From a virus, in IMG/VR virus record IMGVR_UViG_3300044542_000416, positions 2,022 through 66,021 of that record: a stretch of 64,000 nucleotides of DNA. One strand, given 5' to 3'. Positions within the stretch are counted from its first letter, which is position 1. Every line of letters begins with the position of its first letter. The notes under the pieces are model-generated. The model searched no databases. It saw nothing but the letters and a program-made list of their open reading frames with translations, and was not told where the DNA came from. This document shows positions 47,507-56,477 of this stretch, piece by piece. Both the position numbers and the translations under genes were made by a program.

Positions 47507-47853
47507 CCGGCCTTCCTGTACCTGTCAAGCTGACCGGTATAGTTCTTCAAAAACGCCATACCCGGATTATCAGAAACAGCAGAGGCGGAACCAAAGGAAA
47601 CACTTACATCTCCCTCAGTTATGCCTTTTACACTGCCTTCCGCCTGCTCCTGCCCTAACTGGTCGGCACGGTACATGTCAATGCACATGCTGTACATCGT
47701 ATTGTAAAGGCCTTCAGGGACTTCACTTATCCGGCAGTAATTGCATATCATTCCCGATATTTTATCAATTGTAAACTCGATTAAAGCATCTTTATCGGTA
47801 TCCGAAATGCCGAGAAGCGTTTTAAGCTTTTGAACCTGTTCCGTCAGTGCCAT
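47500..47853 (-). CDS. Head-tail connector (gp15/gp6-like)
   Basis: LKTLLGI...ICNYC...ITEGDVSVSF; ATG 47853. Confidence 0.85.
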   Translation of the reverse strand: MALTEQVQKLKTLLGISDTDKDALIEFTIDKISGMICNYCRISEVPEGLYNTMYSMCIDMYRADQLGQEQAEGSVKGITEGDVSVSFGSASAVSDNPGMAFLKNYTGQLDRYRKAGW

Positions 47854-47986
47854 TATCCTCACCGCCTGACTTTGCGGCTTTCTTAGCCTTTTTGTCTGGT
47901 TCAACTACCTTATAACCTTTGCTTATATAAAACTGCAGCTTATTATTATCAATATTTCTGCTTATATTTCCTTTCGCTACCAACAT
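47822..47986 (-). CDS. Small protein after capsid (54 aa)
   Basis: Not in ORF track; GGGGTGA RBS; MLVAKGNISRNID...YISKGYKVV. Confidence 0.65.
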   Translation of the reverse strand: MLVAKGNISRNIDNNKLQFYISKGYKVVEPDKKAKKAAKSGGEDNGTDGTGSKA

Positions 47987-47998
47987 TATTATCACCCC

Positions 47999-48877
47999 TT
48001 ATACAGTTGACTTATGCATATAAATACCTTTTGCCTTGTTCTGGTAAACAAAGCAGTCGTGGTAAAGCCTGAACTGGAAAAGCCAAGCGTCAAGCTTCTG
48101 GTTTTCATCAGGTGTAAATACCTTAGGCAAAGCAAACTTCTTTACCTGAAGCACTGCCTCAGGATATATAATCATAAAGTTTATGTTTTTTGCTTCGGCA
48201 CCCTTTGCATAGCCCCATGCCGATGAACCATCGTTAAGTGTTATTGCAGTATAAAATCTTGTCTTTGGTACATATATGATAGGCATACCGTTATACCCTG
48301 CAAGAACTGTGCTTACTGTACCGTCGGAGCCCCACTGTCTGGTTAATGCACCATTTAATATAGGCTTTAAGTCACTGTTTACATAAAGCTTTCTGCCTTC
48401 CTGAGGTGCCTCTGCGGCATCCATTTCTTTTACTGCTTCATCTATAGCCGCAAGCACTGTATCTTTTGTAAGAACTGCCGCATCTGTGGTTAAAATGTCC
48501 TCTGTTCCGGCGTATTTTGCGAAACGATAAGCATCAAGCTCAGGCACTACCCAGTTTCTCATAAAGTTGCCTGTAACTTTGCCGAAAGCTGTACCCAGTG
48601 TTTCTTCATCGTCCATTCTGTCAACAGAAATTTCTTTTCCTCTTTCCTCATTAAGCTTCATTGTTTCCCAGCCGACAGTTACATCGCCTTGAGGATACCC
48701 TGTAGTTCTGCTATAATCCCCAAGCCCGGTAGTTGATACCTTAAGCACTTTTACTTCATTTACACCGCTGAAATCCGGTTTTATTCCGGCGTCAAGACCT
48801 TCGGTAACCGCCGATGCCTTGTAAACATCATCTATAATCGGTAAAAACTTTTGTGCGTATTCAATGCTGTTTGCCAT
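47999..48877 (-). CDS. Major capsid protein
   Basis: GLGDYSR, VDRMDDEET, VVPELDAYRFAK, RLYHDCFV. Confidence 0.92.
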   Translation of the reverse strand: MANSIEYAQKFLPIIDDVYKASAVTEGLDAGIKPDFSGVNEVKVLKVSTTGLGDYSRTTGYPQGDVTVGWETMKLNEERGKEISVDRMDDEETLGTAFGKVTGNFMRNWVVPELDAYRFAKYAGTEDILTTDAAVLTKDTVLAAIDEAVKEMDAAEAPQEGRKLYVNSDLKPILNGALTRQWGSDGTVSTVLAGYNGMPIIYVPKTRFYTAITLNDGSSAWGYAKGAEAKNINFMIIYPEAVLQVKKFALPKVFTPDENQKLDAWLFQFRLYHDCFVYQNKAKGIYMHKSTV

Positions 48878-48893
48878 ATTTTTTCACTCTCCC

Positions 48894-49466
48894 TTAATCT
48901 TTTAATCCTGCGGCAGCTCTTGCACTTGATACAAAAGCGTCTATGCTGGTACCGCCGCCGTTGTCTTTATTGTCACCCGGATGAAAACCATTACTTACGT
49001 TTTTTATTTCTTCTACATCAAAAAGATAACTGTCGCTCTTTTTAAGCCCCTCAAGGTCAAGACCATCAATAGATCCATCATCTTTAAGATTTATCTTATC
49101 CATGTCGAGCAATGCCTTTATTGCTTTTGAGTTTTTACCCTTTGCCTGAAGAATAGCCATATCAACAGCGTTGTTCTTGGCCATGTCGCTGATTTTTTTG
49201 TCATAGCCTGTTTTCTCTGTCTTATATTTTTCCTGAAGGTCGTTAAATTGCTTTTGTAAGTCCTCGTTACTGCCGGATGACTTTTTAAGAGCCTCGATAT
49301 CTTTATCACGGGCTTTTATCTGTTTATCAAGGTCTGCCTTAGCGGTGTTCAATGTATCATAATCCGCCTTTGATACATAACTTTCACCGAGTTTTGCCGC
49401 TGCCTTGCTGTCCATTTCATCCGTGTAACTGTCCCCGATTATTGCCTTTAACCAATCAAGTTTCAT
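48894..49466 (-). CDS. Scaffolding protein (GP20 family)
   Basis: Coiled coil; AKGKNSKAIKALLD...LKKSDSYLF. Confidence 0.9.
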   Translation of the reverse strand: MKLDWLKAIIGDSYTDEMDSKAAAKLGESYVSKADYDTLNTAKADLDKQIKARDKDIEALKKSSGSNEDLQKQFNDLQEKYKTEKTGYDKKISDMAKNNAVDMAILQAKGKNSKAIKALLDMDKINLKDDGSIDGLDLEGLKKSDSYLFDVEEIKNVSNGFHPGDNKDNGGGTSIDAFVSSARAAAGLKD

Positions 49467-49609
49467 GTTTATTTCTCCTTTCTTTTCCCAATAAAAATAA
49501 GACCTGTTTAACGACTGTGTCTAAAGTCGAGATATCCGGACCACCGCCTTTCTAAAATAAGGTATATGAAATGCCTTTGCACATGCTTGTCACCTCCTGA
49601 AAATATGTA

Positions 49610-49647
49610 ATAAAAAACCACCTAAACATTTAATGTCTAAGTGGCTT
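49610..49647 (-). terminator. Terminator after MuF toxin/immunity pair
   Basis: CCACCTAAACAT-TTA-ATGTCTAAGTGG imperfect hairpin with U-tract on minus strand. Confidence 0.6.
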
Positions 49648-49843
49648 AACAAAATTCTACATTCTCATTTATAAAAGTCTCATTGCTTTCTATAGCTATG
49701 CTATTTTTTAAATCATATGGCATCGTAGCTTTCATTTTTATTCCTTTAACAAGTACACATGTAAACGGTTTTAATGGTATTGGCCCGTCTAAAAATAAAA
49801 CTTTATATTTGCCTATTGAAGCTTCATCTTTAACCTTCAACAT
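49646..49843 (-). CDS. Putative immunity protein for MuF toxin (65 aa)
   Basis: Overlaps MuF stop; AT-rich; GAGGTGA RBS. Confidence 0.6.
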   Translation of the reverse strand: MLKVKDEASIGKYKVLFLDGPIPLKPFTCVLVKGIKMKATMPYDLKNSIAIESNETFINENVEFC

Positions 49844-51362
49844 TTTTATCACCTCTCAATTTTTCTTTGTATTCCTCTAATTGATTTTCATAAAATTCTA
49901 ATTGACTCTTTGTCAATTCTACTTCTTCTAACGGTATTTTATACTTACCAGTATTAGAAAGTAAATACTTTTTGGCATCTATCTCATTTAAAATTGTTCT
50001 TAAATATTCTTCCTTATCGTCATTCATTTTAGTAGCATTCTGCATAAAATGATGCGTTTCCTCAAGTACATCAGAAATTGTTGCATCCGGCCTAAAAATA
50101 ATGGTATCTCCTATAGTAACAGCTGTTGCATTCTGTTCTTTTAAATGCTGAATCCAGTTTTCATCAGCAATCTGGATGTTTGCTCCCCTTTTTATAATTT
50201 TACCTACAATTTTATTATATGCCGGTGTATCAATAATTTTTTGCCCGTTTTCGTTACTATTTCTATGAGTATACCCTTTATGCCTAAAGGCTTCATTCGT
50301 TGATTTAATTATACCACTTCCATTAGCATTATCAACATATTTTTCTTTCCACTGCTGATAAGTTATGTTCCCCGGTACTGTGTAGCTTTTGCCCTCGCTG
50401 TCTCTTGCCGCTCGTTTTTCATCCTGAGTAAACTCGTCGTTGAAATAAGGTACCGTTGTACATCTGCAATTCGGATACAGAGGCGGAGCATTAACGCTCA
50501 TTTCAAAGTCTTTCATGTCAAAAACTTGACCGTCCATAGGGCCGCATATTTCGCAGGTCTTGTCATCCAGTGTCGCAAGATATTCAACCTTTTCAACCCC
50601 AAGCTCTTTGTAGCTGTCCTGCGATGCCATTGACGAAAAAGCAGCCGACTCCGTAAGAACCAGCCGTTTAGTATTGCTTAATTCCATATTTAACTCTTTT
50701 GCTATCTGCCGTGACACTTTGTCCGGTGCCTGACCTCGTATAATGCCCTGTGTCAGCGCTTTATCAAGGGCATAGTTTAATCTGTCCCGGTTCTGCCATA
50801 TCTTATCTGAGTACGTCTGATTATCATACGTCCACGGTTTAGCAAGGACCTTGTCAATCTTATTTTGGTCAAGCGTTGCAAAGGCACTGCCAGTACCGAC
50901 ATATTTTTGTATCTCAAATACATTTTGGTAGTAACCTTCTTTGTACACATCAGCAAGGGTTTTATCCATGGTGTTTTGCTTATAGCCTGACAATTCCTCG
51001 ACCTTTTCCCTCATCTGCATTTGAAGTGCCCTGAGGCGGTCTATTCGGTGTATGTCCGATGCAGACTCAAGCTGTTTTTCCCAGTCGGCCGATATGCCGT
51101 TTTCCTCACCCTTCTTTATGTATTCCTTTAGATCCATTTGAAAACGCTTTCGTTCATCTGAACTGAGTATTTTTTTAGCATCCGCCATTGTGAGGCTCTC
51201 ATTTTTGGCAAAACGTTCATAAAAAGACTGTATCTCCTTATCAATATCATTTATTACCGCCTCATATTTATCCTGCATTTCGGGTATAAGGTCATCTGCT
51301 TTTTTCATGAGATTGTTTTGAAGGATTTCCTGTCTGTTCCTCCAGTATTCGGCGTTTTTCAT
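49830..51362 (-). CDS. Minor head protein MuF (SPP1 gp7-like) with C-terminal metallopeptidase-like toxin domain
   Basis: RLVLTES, ATLDDKTCEICGPMDG, PPLYPNCRCT; C-terminus LEETHHFMQ...NEIDAK. Confidence 0.88.
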   Translation of the reverse strand: MKNAEYWRNRQEILQNNLMKKADDLIPEMQDKYEAVINDIDKEIQSFYERFAKNESLTMADAKKILSSDERKRFQMDLKEYIKKGEENGISADWEKQLESASDIHRIDRLRALQMQMREKVEELSGYKQNTMDKTLADVYKEGYYQNVFEIQKYVGTGSAFATLDQNKIDKVLAKPWTYDNQTYSDKIWQNRDRLNYALDKALTQGIIRGQAPDKVSRQIAKELNMELSNTKRLVLTESAAFSSMASQDSYKELGVEKVEYLATLDDKTCEICGPMDGQVFDMKDFEMSVNAPPLYPNCRCTTVPYFNDEFTQDEKRAARDSEGKSYTVPGNITYQQWKEKYVDNANGSGIIKSTNEAFRHKGYTHRNSNENGQKIIDTPAYNKIVGKIIKRGANIQIADENWIQHLKEQNATAVTIGDTIIFRPDATISDVLEETHHFMQNATKMNDDKEEYLRTILNEIDAKKYLLSNTGKYKIPLEEVELTKSQLEFYENQLEEYKEKLRGDKNVEG

Positions 51363-52921
51363 TCGGCATCATCCTTTTTAGGCTCATTGCCTTTATCAGG
51401 CTGATTATTCTGTTTATTCATTTGCTGATAAGTGCTGTATTTCTCCATATTTTCTTTTTCCTGTGCATCAAGCTCTTTAAGCTCGGCATTTACATCATCC
51501 ACAAACGGATGATGTGCAAGAAGCGTCTTATCTGAAACAATACCCTTTGACTGGTTAATCATATTTACGGTTTCGACGTCATTCATAGGCTGTGAATAAT
51601 TAAGGGTAACGTCTATAGAACCGCTGTCATATGCAGTGCCGTTGTGCCTGTTGTAATCATCCGTAATAAACCAAAAGAACTCTTTAATCGCCTTCTTGAG
51701 CTTTGCAGCCATACTTTCAGCTTTTTCTCTTAACAACTGGTAGTGAAATCTAAGGCTTACGCCACTTGGCGCATTTCCGAAAGTATCGTTTTCAATGTCA
51801 ACACCCATTCCGAATTTATAAATATCCCGGTTAAGCATCTTCAAATACTCAATACGCCCGCTTACAGGAAGCTCCACCTGTTTTGCTTCCACACTTCCGG
51901 AACTGTCGGAAATGTTTACGGCCTTGTTTATCTGAAGCTTTTTTGCTATTGCTCCAGCCGTTTCTCCGCCGTAGCCCTGTATTACCCAGTACAGGTCAAC
52001 AAGGTCAAGAAAGTTGTTTGTGCCTTCGCTTGATATCATGTCGTAGGCATCTATTAAACCCTTTATAGGCTGTAAGTCTGTTGTACTGTTCCTGTTGTTT
52101 TTAAGTATTATAAACGGCACCTTTCCCCACGAATGCGGGACCCGTTTCTTTTCCATTCCGTTTACAAGGCTTATGTCCCAAAAATGCGGCGACGGATTAG
52201 GAATGTCAGTATCTTTTATAAATATGTTCGGCTCTCTTTCGGTGTAATAAGTTACGTCCTGCTTCGTCCACCACTCGACTTTACGACGGCGGTATTTCTG
52301 GCCGGATTTTATAACGGTTATCTCATAATACCGTATTAACTGCTCAAGCTCACGCTGGTAATTTGTGTCATAAACAGGTATGATTTCTTCAGCCGGAACA
52401 ATACAATACTGAAGATTTCCCATATCATCATAATAGACATGCAGTGCTTCAAAGCCTTTGTTTGAGGCGCCTGTTACCCAGTCCTGCAATGTCTCATTGA
52501 AGTTCTCATCAGCAAATTTTGCAATTAGATCCTCGTATGTTTTAAGCTCTTTGTTTTCTTCTGCACCTTCAACACTAAGCGTAGGTTCACGGCCTACAAT
52601 GAAGCTTGTTTTTTGGTCTACAAGTATTCTGTGGAAGGCATTTACATTGTGATGATTGCTTCGGTTTGGATTGCTGAAAGTCTTTACAGTTTCAGTCTCG
52701 CTGCCGTCAGCATCGGCCTGTGTTTCCGATATCCTGGATGTTCTGTAATCCTTTTGAAGCGTGTCATGTTCACCTACGTAATACCGCTCACCCTCGGACA
52801 TATGCTTCTTTTGAAGGCTTATACTGTCCTCTGTCAGTATGTATTTGATTATGTCGCTTTCGTTCATCTGCCCTGCTAATGATAGCTTGGCATTTATAAT
52901 GTCTGCCTGTGTTAAATACAT
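51359..52921 (-). CDS. Portal protein, SPP1 gp6 family
   Basis: LVDQKTSF, WGKVPFI, LIDAYD, SGVSLRF, HHPFVDD. Confidence 0.93.
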   Translation of the reverse strand: MYLTQADIINAKLSLAGQMNESDIIKYILTEDSISLQKKHMSEGERYYVGEHDTLQKDYRTSRISETQADADGSETETVKTFSNPNRSNHHNVNAFHRILVDQKTSFIVGREPTLSVEGAEENKELKTYEDLIAKFADENFNETLQDWVTGASNKGFEALHVYYDDMGNLQYCIVPAEEIIPVYDTNYQRELEQLIRYYEITVIKSGQKYRRRKVEWWTKQDVTYYTEREPNIFIKDTDIPNPSPHFWDISLVNGMEKKRVPHSWGKVPFIILKNNRNSTTDLQPIKGLIDAYDMISSEGTNNFLDLVDLYWVIQGYGGETAGAIAKKLQINKAVNISDSSGSVEAKQVELPVSGRIEYLKMLNRDIYKFGMGVDIENDTFGNAPSGVSLRFHYQLLREKAESMAAKLKKAIKEFFWFITDDYNRHNGTAYDSGSIDVTLNYSQPMNDVETVNMINQSKGIVSDKTLLAHHPFVDDVNAELKELDAQEKENMEKYSTYQQMNKQNNQPDKGNEPKKDDAE

Positions 52922-52922
52922 T

Positions 52923-54152
52923 TTATCTCACCTTCGTATTCCTCATATCAAATTCACGGCTGTAACGTACGGCATCAATACTGTGGTTATTCTTGTCAGG
53001 AAAGCGGGCCTTAAAACCATCGTTTCCGTCAGGCTCAAGGGCATACTCCAAAAACTCTTTTGCTGTCTTCGGGCACCGCATTGGATCTATTATTATCTGC
53101 TCTAAATCCTGAAGCCATTTAACACCGTATTCCACACTGTCGGGCCCTTTCTTAGCTCCTATGGCTTTAATGCCGTAGCTGTTAATTTCGGCTATAGATT
53201 TTGGCTCCGCGCTGTCGCATACAATCACGCTGTTTGATTTATTCTCGGTCTTAATAAGTTCTGCGGCCTTTCTGTTTGACAGGCCTACAAGCTGTATCTC
53301 ATAGAAAATATAAAGCCTGCGGCGCGTTTTGTCATAATGATTAACCGTGTAGTGAAACGGATCGCTCGCATAGCCCCAGTCAAGACCTCGTGAAACGTGG
53401 TCGAAATGCTCTATTTCCTCGTCTGTAATCGTTCGTATTTTGAGGTTTGTAAATACCTCGCCGCCTGTGCCGGTTACTTCGCCGAGATACTCATGTTTAT
53501 AAGCCTGTTCGTTAATCTTTTTAAGATGTTCAGCCTCAACAAAAAACTGCTCTCCAAGCCATTTACGCGGCACAGTCAAATAAGTGCTGTGGTGCACAAG
53601 CCTGTCGGTTCTGGCTTTTAATATCTCCTCATTTACCCAGTTACGCTGTGACTTAGGCGGATTGTAAGAATAAAAAACTAAGCTTTCGCCTCCACGCATT
53701 AAGCTTTGGTTTATTGTCCTTATTTCTTCCATGCCTGTAAACTCGTCAACTTCTTCATACCAAACATACTTGCAATAACCCTGACGGAACTTAGTTGATT
53801 TTATCTTTTTGGGTTTGTCTGCACCTCTGAAAATGATACGCTGGCCGGTAGGAATGTATATAAGTTCAAGCGGGCTTAGTTTGCTCTGCCAAAAGTTATC
53901 TACGCCAAGTGTTGAAATAGCCCACAGTAATTGTTCATAAACACTGTCTTTTAAGTTCATGCCGACTTTTCTAAGCGCCACACAGTTTGCATATTTGTCT
54001 TTCATCATTCCGAGAATTATCTCAACAGAAACAAAGGACGACTTCGTGCTTCCACGGCCGCCCTTAAAAAAGTAATGCGTATGATCATTGTTTTTTATAT
54101 CTATGTGTGCATCGTAAAATGCCGGCGATATTATGTCACTTAGTTTCGGCAT
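52923..54152 (-). CDS. terL: Terminase large subunit, PBSX family
   Basis: KGGRGSTKSS, WYEE, SYNPP, GLDWGY, CDSAEP, NHSIDAVRY. Confidence 0.96.
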   Translation of the reverse strand: MPKLSDIISPAFYDAHIDIKNNDHTHYFFKGGRGSTKSSFVSVEIILGMMKDKYANCVALRKVGMNLKDSVYEQLLWAISTLGVDNFWQSKLSPLELIYIPTGQRIIFRGADKPKKIKSTKFRQGYCKYVWYEEVDEFTGMEEIRTINQSLMRGGESLVFYSYNPPKSQRNWVNEEILKARTDRLVHHSTYLTVPRKWLGEQFFVEAEHLKKINEQAYKHEYLGEVTGTGGEVFTNLKIRTITDEEIEHFDHVSRGLDWGYASDPFHYTVNHYDKTRRRLYIFYEIQLVGLSNRKAAELIKTENKSNSVIVCDSAEPKSIAEINSYGIKAIGAKKGPDSVEYGVKWLQDLEQIIIDPMRCPKTAKEFLEYALEPDGNDGFKARFPDKNNHSIDAVRYSREFDMRNTKVR

Positions 54153-54582
54153 TATCCGTGCCCCCTATATCGTCAATAATCTGCACTGCCGCGGTACCTT
54201 CAAGTTTTACATTATCTGTAAACAGATTATAGCGCTTTCCGAGAAGCTCAGCGGCCTTAATCCTGTCTTTTGCGCCAATATCTTTCTTGACAAGCTCCTG
54301 ACAGCCGTCACCGCAAAGTATAGGCACTTCTTCTTTTTCCTCGCCTCTCATAACCTTGCTGAGATACTGCATAACCTCTTGTGCCTTAGCTATCTTGCGG
54401 TCATTAATTTTCTTAAGCTGCTCATCAACGTACTTTTTAACCTTAGTATTTCTTAGCAACTTAGATGCACATGCTGCAGCCGCTTCATCCTTCTTTACAC
54501 TCGGATATGCCGCCTTATATGCTCTGGTGGCATTAAGGTCGATTATATATTCATCTGCAAAGCGTTTTTGTTTTTCGGTCAT
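54136..54582 (-). CDS. terS: Terminase small subunit
   Basis: MTEKQKRFADEYIIDLNATRAY...RIKAAELLGKRY. Confidence 0.95.
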   Translation of the reverse strand: MTEKQKRFADEYIIDLNATRAYKAAYPSVKKDEAAAACASKLLRNTKVKKYVDEQLKKINDRKIAKAQEVMQYLSKVMRGEEKEEVPILCGDGCQELVKKDIGAKDRIKAAELLGKRYNLFTDNVKLEGTAAVQIIDDIGGTDNAETK

Positions 54583-54609
54583 AATGTCACCCCTTCCTTT
54601 TTCTCCATT

Positions 54610-54736
54610 CAAAAAGGGCACCGGTTCGGCGATGCCCTTAAACGAAAGGAGGTGTAAATGTAAAACCATACTACCTAAAAATTTATACTATCACTATATC
54701 ACGGAAAAGCCGCTTTTTCTTCTCAAAAATTTATCA
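54610..54736 (-). promoter_or_regulatory. Late promoter/leader with terminator hairpin
   Basis: TTCTCA/TTATCA repeats 11 bp apart; AAGGGCA...TGCCCTT hairpin plus U-tract; homologous to 16577-16705. Confidence 0.55.
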
Positions 54737-55180
54737 TCCTATAAGTAGCTTTTTAAATTTCTTTACAGCAGCTGTTTTTCTACGATAAACACTTGCAACC
54801 TCGCAATGTAATGTCTCACAAAGTACGTCAACTGCGTCCTGTCTTCTTATATATCCTGATTGATAAAATTCTTTAAGTACAAGCTGTTCTTCCTCATTCA
54901 GTTTATTCCAAGCAAGATTATAAGCGGCATTAAACCTATAAATATCGTTAAGTTTTTTAATTGTTTCCTGTTTTTCTATTACAAGATTAAGGCTTTTATC
55001 GTTATATTCTCCGCCGTCAACTGGTTCTTTTTCTGTATCTATAGCAGACACACTCGACATTTCCTGCTCAAGTTCATTAAGACGCATACGAAGATTTGTT
55101 TCAGCCGTTTTCTTATTTGGCTGGTCCTTTAAAATACCTTCAACCGCCCTGTCATAGTTTATGTAATCGCTAAGTATCAT
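54734..55180 (-). CDS. Late transcriptional activator, ArpU/RinA-like
   Basis: AWNKLNEEEQLVLKEFY...VASVYRRK; position before terS. Confidence 0.8.
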   Translation of the reverse strand: MILSDYINYDRAVEGILKDQPNKKTAETNLRMRLNELEQEMSSVSAIDTEKEPVDGGEYNDKSLNLVIEKQETIKKLNDIYRFNAAYNLAWNKLNEEEQLVLKEFYQSGYIRRQDAVDVLCETLHCEVASVYRRKTAAVKKFKKLLIG

Positions 55181-55185
55181 CTAAG

Positions 55186-55401
55186 TCACCTCTTATTTTG
55201 CGGCTTATGAAATTCTAAAGTTATCGTTATGCCATTGTCTTCTCTGTGGCAGTATTCTGCTTCGCTCAGCATAGAAATTAAGGCCATAAGCCACATCAAT
55301 ATGTATGAAGCATAAGTGATATCACCAATTACTATGTTGATAAGCCCCATCGCAAACCAAAATATAAAAAATATAAGCGGCGGATTAATCTTTATCTTCA
55401 T
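55186..55401 (-). CDS. Small membrane protein
   Basis: Two TM segments. Confidence 0.6.
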   Translation of the reverse strand: MKIKINPPLIFFIFWFAMGLINIVIGDITYASYILMWLMALISMLSEAEYCHREDNGITITLEFHKPQNKR

Positions 55402-55707
55402 TTAATTGCCCCTTTCCCTACTATCATTTTCTATTCTTGATAAAGTTCTCTCAATTTTCGCTTGTTCAATTTCATCAACTCGACTGTCTGAAAACAAATA
55501 AATACACTGTTTTAATACAAGCCGTACATCTGCCATTTCCTCGCATAAATTTTCTGCTAAATCTTCTAATTTGTCATATCCTTCGATATTCTTATACTTT
55601 TTCAGTTTACAGATAGCCTGTGTCAGCTCCGCCATTTCCTCAATAAGCTGCGTTTCCTGCGCTTCTAAACCGTAGTAATCAGCTATGTATTTTATTTTTT
55701 CGTCCAT
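55402..55707 (-). CDS. MazG-like nucleotide pyrophosphohydrolase domain protein
   Basis: IEEMAELTQAICK...EEMADV. Confidence 0.8.
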   Translation of the reverse strand: MDEKIKYIADYYGLEAQETQLIEEMAELTQAICKLKKYKNIEGYDKLEDLAENLCEEMADVRLVLKQCIYLFSDSRVDEIEQAKIERTLSRIENDSRERGN

Positions 55708-55895
55708 GTAAACGCATCCTTTCCGTTATGATATTTTTCTAATTCTAATTTTAATACCTGATTTTCTTTAACCGCCCGTATTGCAATTTTAAGGGCCTTA
55801 ACATCTTGTTCCCAAATATCATTTTGTTCTTCATGAAAGCTATTACTGTTATCTATTAGGCTTTCAAGCTGATGTATAACTTCATCCGCATTCAT
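55692..55895 (-). CDS. Hypothetical protein
   Basis: Operon packing. Confidence 0.65.
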   Translation of the reverse strand: MNADEVIHQLESLIDNSNSFHEEQNDIWEQDVKALKIAIRAVKENQVLKLELEKYHNGKDAFTWTKK

Positions 55896-56119
55896 AACTG
55901 CTTCTCCTCTAATTTTGCTTTTTGTTCTCTTACCAATTCCAACATTGAATAGCCCTCCGTAAAAGATGTATGACCATTACGTCCAAGTTTATTTTTCTGC
56001 CTAATAAATGCCCTTTGGTTCTCCTGAAAGTTTTCAGTATCTCTTACAATTTCAATTCTTAATAAGTCTAATTCTTTTGATGTTTGGCAATCTTTTATTC
56101 TTTGTAATAAACTTTTCAT
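55892..56119 (-). CDS. Hypothetical protein
   Basis: AAGGGG RBS before ATG 56119. Confidence 0.6.
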   Translation of the reverse strand: MKSLLQRIKDCQTSKELDLLRIEIVRDTENFQENQRAFIRQKNKLGRNGHTSFTEGYSMLELVREQKAKLEEKQL

Positions 56120-56148
56120 ATTTTTATCCCCTTTTATTTTTAATACTC

Positions 56149-56460
56149 TCAGTCCTTGCTTACAAAATAAGGACATTCAATATCGTTTGTTCCTAAATAG
56201 CACACGTCACATTTTATACAGCTTCCGCATTTTGTCATTTTGTCGCTTGCTTTCGTTTTCAAATCAACACGGCCGATAAGGTAATCCACCGATACATTAA
56301 AAATATCAGCCAAAGCAATAAGCTCTTTTATGCCCGGCTCATTTCTTCCGGTCTCGTAATTAGAAATAGCCGTATATCCGTAGTTAAGCCTTTTGCCAAG
56401 CTCAGTCTGTGTCATTTTGTTTTCTTTTCTTAGCTTTTTAAGCCTGTCCTTAAATTCCAT
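56149..56460 (-). CDS. XRE-family HTH protein with Cys-rich tail
   Basis: RLKKLRKENKMTQTELG...ISNYETG...FNVSVDYLIG; CGSCIKCDVC. Confidence 0.88.
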   Translation of the reverse strand: MEFKDRLKKLRKENKMTQTELGKRLNYGYTAISNYETGRNEPGIKELIALADIFNVSVDYLIGRVDLKTKASDKMTKCGSCIKCDVCYLGTNDIECPYFVSKD

Positions 56461-56477
56461 ACTACGCTCCCACCTTT

